A stretch of 64,000 nt of DNA from Eukaryota sp. TZLM1-RC (taxonomy: Eukaryota > Protista > Metamonada: BaSk clade): the NCBI GenBank assembly GCA_040285825.1, contig JAUPSS010000013.1, positions 372,001 through 436,000 on the forward strand, written 5' to 3'. The notes beneath the pieces are model-generated. The model made no database searches. It was not told where the DNA came from and saw only the letters and a list, made by a program, of their open reading frames with translations. Numbering within the stretch: the stretch's first letter is position 1; each line of letters opens with the position of its first letter. Shown piece by piece: positions 38,474 through 51,100 of the stretch. Position numbers and translations under genes: made by a program.

Positions 38474-39055
38474 TTAGTAGAATAGAGGGATTTTGAAATA
38501 GAATTTTGAATTAAATATCTATTAATTCTTAACTAATTATGTGACTGAGTCCTGTAGCACTCATGAAAAAAGAGTCTGTTTCACTTGAAACGTTGGGAAA
38601 ATTGTTTGCATATTGATAATCAGCATTAAATATTTGTAAATATATTTAAATATTTAATTATCGTTGTTGAAGCCAGAATCCAAATAAATTCCTATCATTT
38701 GACTTGTTTTGTTTTAATTTGACTGGTTTCCATTACATTTGTTTTCAAATCTGGCATCGGTTTCTGGAGTTGGAATAAATTATTTTTTTAAAAAACAGTT
38801 TAATATTCCTATTATTTTTTGCAATTATCACAAATATTTCTTTGAAAAGATTAATAAATTGAAATTACTTTGAATCATACACCTATTAACTGTTTTATTA
38901 ATATTTAATTATTTTTTTATGTACCTACATTCAATACAAAAAGTTGTCCCAACTTATTAATAAAATATTAAAAAAAATCCTTTACTCAAAAAAAATTTGA
39001 TTTATAAAAATTTCCCACGCCGTAAATTTGTAAAGAAATTTCCCACGCCAATGAC

Positions 39056-39943
39056 CTAACCTTCCGTCAATACTTCAATTGCACCTTCAATATTCCCTCT
39101 TGAAGTTACCAAAGCTCTTCTCGCTTCTCCTTCCCTGAAGCCCATGTCCGTCAACAGCTCCACCATTGTATCTGGTGGCTGATACGGTGGTAAATCCTCC
39201 ACGTGTCGTTGGAAGGGAACACCTTGAGGGAAGGCTGTTGCCATTGAAGAAGAGACGGAAACAGTGGGAGGAGGGCGGGTGGCAAGTATTGGAAGAATAA
39301 ACTGGGCACAAAACTTGGAAAAAAATGATGGCACAATAAGATCCAGAATTGTTCTAAAAAAGGAACAATAATTGGTTAAAGTTGCAATAACAAGACCAAT
39401 TAAGAAAGCTACAATCGTAAATGGAGGGAAAACCAAAATTAATTGGGCTAATAGAATAAAAACAAAGAATTTTTCATTTATCGGAACCACGCTGAATATC
39501 TTTGTGGTTGCAGAAGCTGGATAGGCCATAAGTGAGAGGAGAGTTGAAGAAAACACACAAGCTGGAGTGAAGAAAGGTGTGTCAGGAGAAGGAAACAAGG
39601 TAGATGTGGATGGGAAATCGTATCGGGATAGCAAAAGTTGTGCTGCAAATGACACTATGTTGGATAAGATCAGCATTCCAGCGAACCTGCTAGACCCCAA
39701 CAGCCTTTCGGATATGCGTCCGATGTAAATGAGTGGAGCACCTACAAGAAGAATACCAGCAATGGGAAAGCTAAAAAAAGTATAGAATGCGTAGATCGCA
39801 CGCATAAAATTATCTGACTGTAGTAGTAGTGATGTCGTTATTGTTGGCGCATGAAGCGCAAACCACAGAAATGAGCATATGGTTACAATTATCAAGTATG
39901 TCTTACTGACTGGTGCACCGAGAAAGCCTGCTGATGAGTACAT
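39056..39943 (-). CDS. UBAC2/Dsc2-like rhomboid pseudoprotease with C-terminal UBA domain
   Basis: GFLGAPVSK N-terminus, ERLLGSSRF, multiple TM segments, VELLTDMGF..EARRAL..SRGNIEGAIEVL. Confidence 0.9.
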   Translation of the reverse strand: MYSSAGFLGAPVSKTYLIIVTICSFLWFALHAPTITTSLLLQSDNFMRAIYAFYTFFSFPIAGILLVGAPLIYIGRISERLLGSSRFAGMLILSNIVSFAAQLLLSRYDFPSTSTLFPSPDTPFFTPACVFSSTLLSLMAYPASATTKIFSVVPINEKFFVFILLAQLILVFPPFTIVAFLIGLVIATLTNYCSFFRTILDLIVPSFFSKFCAQFILPILATRPPPTVSVSSSMATAFPQGVPFQRHVEDLPPYQPPDTMVELLTDMGFREGEARRALVTSRGNIEGAIEVLTEG

Positions 39944-40004
39944 GAATTAGTTGATGAGTTAACTCAAAGAAAATGAACTTTGTAGACTTTTTTTTGAAGT
40001 TATT

Positions 40005-43000
40005 TATTGTTATTAAACAACAAATATGAAATTCACAATTAAAACTCCACATCCTCAAAACCTGCCTCCCCTACATCAAAACAATTAATTGCTAAAGATT
40101 CAGAAAATTTCCCAAAAGAAGATAGTGAATCAGAAATTAGTTTTACCATTCCCTTAAAAATAGAAAATACAATCCTGTTTTGCCAGTAAACACGATTGAA
40201 AATTCTTCCAAATCTTTCCTTTACAACTACAACAAAATCCTCGAGGAAACCCATAGCAGCCTTACCTAGAGATCCAAGCGAAGAAAAAACAAATGGACAT
40301 AAATTATATTGTGCATGAGAATTTTCATTAACCGAGGAAATGGATTTCGCATATTTAGCAATTTTATATTTTTCGCCTGCAAGAAGAGGATTATTTACAT
40401 CCGAGTTAATGAGATGTTCGTTAGAGGAATTACAAGGGTCAATAGAGATGGCGTCCAAAATAGTAAAACTACCATTTAAACCAGGAACAACTAGATCACC
40501 TCTGGTCAGACCCATAGAAGCTCTGTTGTAACGCGTACTATCAATATTGGGATCATCAAGAATTAATTTTGATAACAGCGGTTCTAAAAAGGAATCTACT
40601 CGATATGATTTGCACATTACATAAAATTGGTCCCTGACGTTATTATGCACTTTGCTTCTAAACGTAATGAAATGTTTGCAGTTCAAAAGATGAGGAAACA
40701 AAAGAGGTTTACCACATTTACAAGTTAAATGATTGGGCAAATTGTTTGGCCACAGAAAACAACGAAAACGCATGTTTAGAAGCCATTCATTGTTTTTTTA
40801 ACAAAAGTCCATAAACAGAGGGAACTTGAGTTACTAAAGCAGCAGCTGAACTATCACGAATATCCTTTAAAAAATTACCGAAAGCGGGATTTTTAGTTTT
40901 GGCCAAGCCAAGTCTTACTTCATAATCCAAGCCTTCATATAATTTAACCAGATGGTGCTGAAGCTTTTTCAAGCAAAAACGTAAATTTGGAAGTGATCGG
41001 GTGGGAATTTCTTGAACATTTTGAGGAAAACACTGAATCCAGATATCACCAGGCAAATTTTCTAATTCAAATTGCAGTTGATTCAAGTAAAAATTTGATT
41101 CACCATTGATCAGATGAACATCAAAAGGGAACCTTTGGAAAAATTCAAAAACAAAATTTTTACCACCTCCCAAAAATGCTGCTTTACACAGAATCGAAGA
41201 TTTGGTGAATCCAATTCCACCCAAATCTGCTGAACAAAATACATGACTTCGAATTAAAGATTCATTTACATCTAATAAAGAAAAAAAAATTGACTCGAAG
41301 TTTGTTAAAAGATCTGCAAAAATTGAGAGATACCGATGGGGGAGTTGACCTTAAAATATGAGTGAATTTTCCAGAATAACAAATTTTTAAAATAAAAAAT
41401 TTGATGTGTTTCTCAATGTCACATTCAGCAATAAAACTAAGATCCTTGTCAAGCTTCTCCAATAAAATGTTTAACTGGGAATAAATTTCATCCAAATTGC
41501 CAAGCCAACATCCAAGAAACTTAAAAGCTTGTTGGTCGTAATTGATAAAAGGAATCTGAGCTCCACCAATCATCAAAGATTGTTTTTCTTTACCAATCAA
41601 CAGATATTTAGATGGGTTCAAAGCTAAACCAATTTCTTTGTATTTCGCCGCAATGTCTTCAGAAACCCTAGAAATGCTTTCAAAAGAACCAATATTAGAA
41701 ATGTCATCCATATAGGCAACAATACGCAAATCAGGGAAATCTTGTTGTGTCATTTTAATAATATTATGAATAGCCAAACAAAAAAGCAAAGGGCCAAGAG
41801 GATCACCTTGTTTCACACCAGAAGAAGATTCAAGGGTAAAGGAGTCAAAAATTAAGTCTGATTTTTTTCCATAAAATAAATAAAAATATGCATAAAGTTC
41901 AGGAAAATCTTGAAGAAACACATCAAAAATACAATTACGTTTCACAGAATTGAAAGCATTTTTGAGATCCAAATTGAAAATATATTGATGTTGTTGACTA
42001 TTGAAAAAAACATCTGAAGTCATTGAAGCAACAGAAGCACTTTCAATAGTTTTTATACCAAATTGGAAAGGCTTCAAATAGTCCCTTGCTTTAGTAGAAA
42101 TTCTGCTAAAAATAAGCGAAGAAAGCAATCTGGTTAATGACTCTCCAATAGCAATTGGTCTTACTCCATCAGGTTTGTCACCTTTACCAGGTTTAACTAA
42201 AGCAACTAAACGGGCAGCAGTCAATTCATGCGGAGGAACATAATTCAAACACATTAAATTTTGAAAATAGGAAGCAAGATCCTCACAAATTTCAGGAGCA
42301 TTTTTACAGGCAGTTTTCAACAAATCAAAGGAAAAGCCTGAAGGACCAGCAGCTTTTCCTTTTAGTAATTTAGCAACGGCATATTTAATTTATTGAATTT
42401 GCACACTTGATTAAATTAAATCATAACTAATGGGACGACTATCATTAAACCAAGATTTCCTCTACAAAATCTTGATTTGCTTGCTGTCTAGCTAAAGCTT
42501 CTCTAATTCGATTGAAAAACCGCGGTAATCTATTAATAATGGCAAATTGAATCCGTGAACGCCATAAAAAAATATCAAATCTTTTCATTGTTTTTTCTTT
42601 CACCATTTTTTGGAAGTCATCCAAAAAAGTTTCTGCTTCAACTGATAATCTTCCATTTATCGAAAATGGGAAAGCAATAAAAACCAGCTGTGTATTTCTA
42701 TCGATATTTGCATCTTCAATTTCTTTGTCATATTTTCTATGTTTTTCTTTTGCTTTAAAATCCAGAGCAGCCACAGGATTAAGTTTTCTTCTGTGAACCA
42801 AAGTATCGTTTGCAACATTTCATGAGACAAAGTCAACAATAGCTTCAGAATTATCAATCCAATCACAGTATACATCACCTCTATCATCAGAACCAAAATT
42901 ATTCAGAGAAAGTGTTTCTTTCAGCAGGGGCTCTTTGATACACGATATCCTTGCAGTTTGTGCCTTATTGAAAACAGTGTCTCTAACAGCATCATGTAAT

Positions 43001-45790
43001 GAAGAACGATAAGTTATCAATTTAGAGCAATTTAGAGCATGGCGCAAAGTGAGTTGAGGTGAATTCGAACAAATACATTTTTCTTTTGATAATAATTGGT
43101 TAATGGGGATGTTCAAATATAATCTCATTTTTGTTACAAATGCTTCATTAGTAGCACACAATCCAAATCTTCGTGGTACAATGGTTACAAAAAGTGAAGA
43201 ATCTGACACCTTGTTTTCACAAACACCCTTTTCCAATAACAATGAGTGAAGATCTTGATTTAAAACAGCCGAGCTGCAAATATTATTATAAAGATCTTTT
43301 TCATACATTCCAGTCAATCTTTTCTGTAATGTTCGAAGAGTAGACTTCAAATTTAAAACATTTTTTTCTGGAATATTGCCATTGAATGATTGGGGAAAAC
43401 ATCGACCCCATTTTTCTACATCAATTCTTGAAATTTCTTCATTTAATGCAAAAACAGTGGAACTTTGCGTTGTCATCAATAAATCTTCCCAATCTGCAAA
43501 TCTTTCGGAGAACTCAAAGATTGCATTTCTGCATCCACCAACAAAAGCACACGAGGTAAGAATAGAAGCCTTCGTCCACCCTAAACCACCATATTGTGGA
43601 CTAAGGTAAGCATGATCTGGAATTTGAAACATTTTACATCCCAGTAATTGAGACAGAACTTTTGCACGTAACTCATTAAACTTTTGAGCCAAAGGTCTAG
43701 TGACGAGAGGATTTGTAGATCGAAATATATGATTAAAATTGGAACTAAAACACAGTCTTATAATGGTAAATTTGATGTGTTTTTTTATATCTAAATTCAT
43801 CATTCGGTCAATTTTGTCAGAAATTGAGTTCAACTTTTCAAACAATTTTTTTGGTAATTTCATCATTATTTCCTAAAAACGAACCCAAATGACGAATAGC
43901 ATCAATTGAATATAATTTGGCTTGAATTTCAATATCATCAATTATTGTGGAAACTGGAGAATTCGATAACAAAACACATTTAAGTAAATTAAGTCGGAGA
44001 CCAATTTTGGTAAATAATTCTTTAAAACATACAGTTGCTTTTTTTCACAATATTTAATTCACCAATAAGCACAACATCATCCATATATGCAATCATTTTT
44101 AGTGAAGGAAACATCTCTTGAATTTGCAGTAGAATAGGATGAATGGCCAAACAAAACAAAAGAGGTCCTAACGGATCTCCTTGCTTTACGCCACTTGATG
44201 AAATCAAAATGTTGTTACCAAAATGTAAATTAGAATATGTGCAATATGTTGATTGAAAATATGGTATTAATTCTGGCATATATTGCAATAGAGCACCATG
44301 GATACTGCGACGACTTAGCGAATTGAAAGCATTACTAAAATCCAATGACATGCAAACATTGGATTCATTTTGACGAAATAAGACATCAGTAGCAAAAATC
44401 GCTGAAGAGACTCCATCTGTAGTATTTATACCATATTGAAAGGGTAATAAAATCTTTTTAGCTTTTTCATTGAACCTGCTTAAGCAACACGCAGAAAAAA
44501 TATTATGTAAGCTCTCAGAGACTGCAATAGGGCGAACATCCATTTTTGAATTTTTGACAAGTGCAGTCAAACGAGAACTTCTTAATTCTTCTGGGTACTT
44601 GCGTTGACCAGATAATATTTGGTTGAAAAATTTGGTCAATAAACCAAGGCAATCTTCTGAAGAAATAATCGCGGCTTTTACATGATCAATAGTAATACCA
44701 GAAAGTCCGGCAGACTTACCACGGCAACGGCATTGAATACTTCTTGAGCCTGAAAAGGATTTTCGAGCCAATATTCACAAATTGGCGGTTTAAGTGGACA
44801 AAAATTTTCAGTTGGATGAAGCGCTTTCAGTTTTTCAACAGTTTCATAATTATTATCAGCCAACTTACCTGAAAAAATATTTTTTAAACCGCTTCCATAT
44901 CTACCTCTCAAGAACAATTTCCTTGCTTGAAACGATGAACTGGCTTTATTTTTTTTCGGTTTGTAATTAATTGATTTTTTATTCTTTTTGGCAAAGAATT
45001 TCCAAAATCTTGATATGTTCCATTTGTTTGATTTCAATTGGGAGGAAAAAGAACGCATTTCCATTGACAAAGGAACAGAACTGGCAGGACTCACCTCTAC
45101 AGGAATTTTAACAGGTGTACGAAGAGAATCACTTGTTTGACAGTCAAAACAAAACAAGAGAGGGCGACCATTAGAAGAATTAGAGAGGAACTTTTTGCAA
45201 AAAGGACAACTATGTTTCAAGACATTATCCGTAGGATCAGGAGCAACAGTTTTTGGTAAATGAGTTTGATCAATATTTAAATCATAATTAACATCATCAG
45301 CAAAAACATTGGGAACAGGAGGAAGATTTAGTTCGGATGACGTTTGCAAACTATTAACAATAGAAATATTGGTTTTCAGTCTCATTTTTTCGGTAATAAT
45401 ATCAGGACATTTTCTAATGTTATGACCAACCTTGCCACATTTGGAACAGGTATGTCTTCTTTTTTGCACTTTTTCAGGCGTAATATCAGGGGCATCACAC
45501 AAAGGCAAAAAATCTTTTTTAAAAATTTTCAAATTTTTTTGAGAAGAATTTCGAGCATAGCTTGAAGGGTCGGGAGAGTGGAGAAGTGAAGGGGATGAGC
45601 TTGATCTGATGGGTAGAATCTTTGCTTGGGCGTTCCAATCAGTATCAGAGTCACTGTCAGTCACTGGCATCGTTTTGGCAAAGACACAGTACGACTTTGA
45701 CGCCTTGACAGAAAGTGAAATATGAGAGGGTTGACTAAGGGAGGGGGAAAAAGATTGTAGACTTGGGAACAAAATTCTTGAGTTTCACAA
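40005..45790 (-). mobile_element. Apparently full-length CRE family C element, interrupted by a nested family B copy
   Basis: N-terminal CCHC knuckle (CSKCGKVGHNIRKC), CPFC..CFDC, RT YMDD, CKCG..HLLNC, RGDLVV..LDA. Removing 42383-44723 plus one TSD copy restores QEVFNAVAKLLKGKAAGPSG in frame. Confidence 0.9.
42383..44723 (-). mobile_element. 5'-truncated CRE family B copy nested in family C, 10-bp TSD
   Basis: TSD GCAACGGCAT at 42373-42382 and 44724-44733; RT YMDD; RLE with TGA at 42820-42822. Confidence 0.9.
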
Positions 45791-46255
45791 TTTCTTGCGA
45801 GTGATATCCAACTATGTTGCCGACGCACCAGCTGTGTCACCTTTGAATTCCATTATTCCTAGAATTCTTTAGTTATTTCTTTAAGTATTTGGAATTCTGG
45901 GATTACACTGCTTGAAATTCTGCTTCTAGTATCCTGGTATCTCAAAATGAAGCAGTTGGAATTCAAAGGTATGTCGAATAATGTCGTGTGAACATCTCCT
46001 TCAAAGTCAAAATTGTCTCACACATCACTCAACGTACTTAAATTACCTTCAATTACCGAGACTAATTGTTGAGTGATCAAATTTACATTGATCGATTTCC
46101 AAAACATATGATTTAAATGATGGAATGATTAATGATTCAGCATAACATGCTTTTGTCAGAAGATTCTACACTACAGTCAACCCTCTACAATTGCATCCTC
46201 TATGAATGTACACATTAAGACGACATAAAATGTGTGTAATTATAGGGGAAATTAT

Positions 46256-47460
46256 AGCAAATTTGGGTGGTATTGGTTTTACTAAATCTTCAATTTTGTG
46301 TCAATCAGCATTCTTGGGTGGTGGCAAAAATTTTATTTATGAATTTTCTCGTAGATTTCCTGATGATTCTCATCTGTTAGTCCCCAATTGTAGTCCCTAT
46401 TTGTATGAGTTATCTTGTGAACTTGAAAAATTACCGCCACAAATTTGGACCAAATGTTTTCCTCAATCAATTCAAGAAATTCCAAACCGATCTCTATTTA
46501 ATTTACAGTTTTACTGTAAAAAGCTTCAACAAAAATTGTCAAAGATTTTTGAAAGCTTGGATTTTGATGTTAGACTTGGCTTGGCCAAGAAAAAGAATCC
46601 CGCTTTTGCAAATCTTTTACAAGATATGTGTGACAGTACTTCCTCTGCCTTAGTAACAACAATTCCACAAGTTTATGGTACTCTCTTATCCGATTCTGCT
46701 TGGACTCTGAATATGAGATTTCGTTCCTTTATCTGGCCTGATAATTTACCTCATAATTTAATTTGTAAATGTTCTCGAGAAATTACAACTACTCATTTGT
46801 TAAATTGTAAACATTTTATTACTTTTTAGAAGCAAGGTTCATGATGCTGTAAGAGACCAGTTATATTGTATGTGTAAATCTCATAGAATTGAATCCTTCT
46901 TGGAACCTTTGTTGTCAATTCTGTTTGATGCTGAAAATGATTTTCATAAGAATAATAGAGGTGATGTCATATTACCTGGATTAGATGGAAGCTTCATTTT
47001 ATTGGATGTAATGTCTGTTGATCCTTGTAATGCCTCAAATGAAAGGCTTGTTAATTCTGAAATTCATAATCCCCTTTCAAATGCTGAAAATTTTAAATTC
47101 AAAAAATACAATGAACCTTTGTCCAAATTGGCCAGTCTACAGCATGCAAAATACAATTTGTATCCATTTGTATTTTCCCTTTTCTGGTTCACTTGCACCA
47201 ACTGCTTTACGTTTTTTGGATGATTTTGAAACTATTGTTCAGAGAAGAACTGGCAGAAATTTCAACAGATTGTTTTGGCAAAATAGAATTGTGTTTTCTA
47301 TTTTTAAGGGGATGTTGAAGATGGTTTCTGATGCTTTGCTTTCTCTTGGATCTCACTATGAGAGAGTTGCATCTAGTGTTTTTGTTCTGGGAGAGATGGA
47401 TTTTTTAGATGTTGATTTATAGGTTTTGAATAAAATTGAAATTAAATAAAAAAAAATTAT
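46256..47460 (+). mobile_element. 5'-truncated CRE family D copy
   Basis: ANLGGIGF...CKCS..HLLNC...RGDVILP..LDVMSVDP; A-rich 3' end. Confidence 0.9.
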
Positions 47461-47624
47461 AGGGGATGTCATTGATTTTTTGCTTAATGGCTGACTGGTG
47501 TTTCTTTTTCATTTCATTCCTATTGGAAATGGTTAAAAAAAATAAGAAGAATTGATAAATCAGAAAAATTGATAAACCTTCAAAAGTTCTTGTGAGGTTT
47601 CTCAGCAATTGCGATACAATTTTT

Positions 47625-47785
47625 TAAAATTCAATTTATTTTCAGAACTACAATATAGAACTCAATATCTTCAAAACAAGCTTCAACACCATCAAACCGT
47701 ACAACAACAATGGTTTCATATTGTGAACTAACAGACATCAAAGCTTTCGAAATCATTGTAGGAATTGCTTTGAAAGGAGTATCAA
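47625..47785 (-). mobile_element. CRE family E 3' fragment
   Basis: Matches 21525-21680. Confidence 0.75.
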
Positions 47786-48111
47786 CATCAATTAAATGAG
47801 TTTTAATTAAATGAGGTTGAATTAAATGAAGTTTAATTGTTTTTAATGTTCAAAGTATTGAGATTAAGGAAAATTAAGAAAGTTTCACTTTCATCGAGAA
47901 AAAATAAATGAATTAAATAAACATATTTCAGTACTGTGCATAGTCACTGCCACGTCATAAAAAAAGAAAATAAACATATTTACAAAAAATGTGGCTATTA
48001 AGAATTTACAAAAAAATATTGATAAAATTACCAATAATGAACTCCAATGAAGACTCGATGAGTCACAATACAAAACCAAATCCGAATAGAAATGGGTTGA
48101 TTAATCAAAAA

Positions 48112-51100
48112 TCAATCCAAATTTGATTGAATCCAACGATTGATGTTTGAGTAATCAGAAATTATAAATTTTGGACAAGAACTGCTCAATACTTTCAAAA
48201 TTTTGCCAATAACGTTATGTTCAGCAATTCTTGGCAAATTTTGAGACAAATCTTGTGGTAAGAGAATATTTTCTGACAAGATGAGCTCACAATAACTATC
48301 CAACAATAGCAAAATTTCCTCCAAAAATTTGAAATCAAGAATCTCAGATGTCAAAAATGAAGTTTTGATCCTTACTACTAGAGTATCAACCAAATTTTGA
48401 CAGTGGCTGAATAAGACGAAAATTTGAGGTGTTGACGTGTGAGAGGCTAATTCTGTTAGATCAAAGTTTGCTTCCGAAAATTTTGCTGAAAATTTCGTCT
48501 TACGGACACAGTACATGGGAGATGTTTCAATTGATCTTACAACAGATGAAAATTTCAAACAAACATTGATAAGGATCAACGACGCGAATTTGACTGGACA
48601 TTGATTGATGATTGTCGTGATTGATTGAACAAGAGTTGTGAGAACCAGATTTTTGAGTTTCAAATTTTCACCAGCAATTTTGGCAAGTTGTTTTTCTGAT
48701 ACCAACTTGTCAGGAAGGCTGAAATTTTCGCCAAAAGATTCAAAATTTGAATAACGAACAAGTAGGTCAATCAAACCAGACAGGAAACCAATCAGATCAC
48801 TGACTGATTTGATTGACCCAAGATCAATTTTTTCTAAATTATTATCAAGATTTGTGAATAATAATTCAGAAAATTGATTAGACTTGCTGGAATTTTGATT
48901 AAATAGTGAAGAAATTAAATCTAAAGCAAAAGAAAGAAAAATGTCAAAATTCTCATTGATTTGCTCATCAATTTGCTCATCAAGTTGATCCATTTCACGA
49001 TTTTCTTCTACAATTTGCTCATCAAGTTGCTCATCAAGTTGATCCATTTCACGATTTTCTTCTACAATTTGCTCATCAAGTTGATCCATTTCACGATTTT
49101 CTTCTACAATTTGCTCATTAATTTGCTCATCAAGTTGATCCATTTCACGATTTTCTTCTACAATTTGCTCATTAATTTGCTCATCAATTTGCTCATCAAG
49201 TTGATCCATTTCACGATTTTCTTCTACAATTTGCTCATTAATTTGCTCATCAAGTTGATCCATTTCACGATTTTCTTCTACAATTTGCTCATTAATTTGC
49301 TCATCAAGTTGATCCATTTCACGATTTTCTTCTACAATTTGCTCATTAATTTGCTCATCAAGTTGATCCATTTCACGATTTTTCTTCTACAATTTGCTCA
49401 TTAATTTGCTCATCAAGTTGATCCATTTCACGATTTTCTTCTACAATTTGCTCATTAATTTGCTCATCAAGTTGCTCATCAAGTTGATCCATTTCACGAT
49501 TTTCTTCTACAATTTGCTCATCAATTTGCTCATCAAGTTGATCCATTTCACGATTTTCTTCTACAATTTGCTCATTAATTTGCTCATCAAGTTGATCCAT
49601 TTCACGATTTTTCTTCTACAATTTGCTCATTAATTTGCTCATCAAGTTGCTCATCAAGTTGATCCATTTCACGATTTTCTTCTACAATTTGCTCATCAAT
49701 TTGCTCATCAAGTTGATCCATTTCACGATTTTCTTCTACAATTTGCTCATTAATTTGCTCATCAAGTTGATCCATTTCACGATTTTTCTTCTACAATTTG
49801 CTCATTAATTTGCTCATCAAGTTGATCCATTTCACGATTTTCTTCTACAATTTGCTCATTAATTTGCTCATCAAGTTGATCCATTTCACGATTTTCTTCT
49901 ACAATTTGCTCATTAATTTGCTCATCAAGTTGATCCATTTCACGATTTTCTTCTACAATTTGCTCATCAAGTTGCTCATCAAGTTGATCCATTTCACGAT
50001 TTTCTTCTACAATTTGCTCATCAATTTGCTCATCAAGTTGATCCATTTCACGATTTTCTTCTACAATTTGCTCATTAATTTGCTCATCAAGTTGATCCAT
50101 TTCACGATTTTCTTCTACAATTTGCTCATTAATTTGCTCATCAAGTTGCTCATCAAGTTGATCCATTTCACGATTTTCTTCTACAATTTGCTCATTAATT
50201 TGCTCATCAAGTTGATCCATTTCACGATTTTTCTTCTACAATTTGCTCATTAATTTGCTCATCAAGTTGATCCATTTCACGATTTTTCTTCTACAATTTG
50301 CTCATTAATTTGCTCATCAAGTTGATCCATTTCACGATTTTCTTCTACAATTTGCTCATTAATTTGCTCATCAAGTTGATCCATTTCACGATTTTCTTCT
50401 ACAATTTGCTCATTAATTTGCTCATCAAGTTGATCCATTTCACGATTTTCTTCTACAATTTGCTCATTAATTTGCTCATCAAGTTGATCCATTTCACGAT
50501 TTTCTTCTACAATTTGCTCATTAATTTGCTCATCAAGTTGATCCATTTCACGATTTTCTTCTACAATTTGCTCATTAATTTGCTCATCAAGTTGCTCATC
50601 AAGTTGATCCATTTCACGATTTTCTTCTACAATTTGCTCATCATGTTGCTCATCAAGTTGATCCATTTCACGATTTTCTTCTACAATTTGCTCATCATGT
50701 TGCTCATCAAGTTGATCCATTTCACGATTTTCTTCTACAATTTGCTCATTAATTTGCTCATCAAGTTGATCCATTTCACGATTTTCTTCTACAATTTGCT
50801 CATCAATTTGCTCATCAAGTTGATCCATTTCACGATTTTCTTCTACAATTTGCTCATTAATTTGCTCATCAAGTTGCTCATCAAGTTGATCCATTTCACG
50901 ATTTTCTTCTACAATTTGCTCATTAATTTGCTCATCAAGTTGATCCATTTCACGATTTTCTTCTACAATTTGCTCATTAATTTGCTCATCAAGTTGATCC
51001 ATTTCACGATTTTCTTCTACAATTTGCTCATCAAGTTGCTCATCAAGTTGATCCATTTCACGATTTTCTTCTACAATTTGCTCATCAAGTTGCTCATCAA

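Noticed and set aside
44022-45772. Programmed frameshift within a single CRE ORF
   Set aside because: Explained by the nested insertion junction with a 10-bp TSD.
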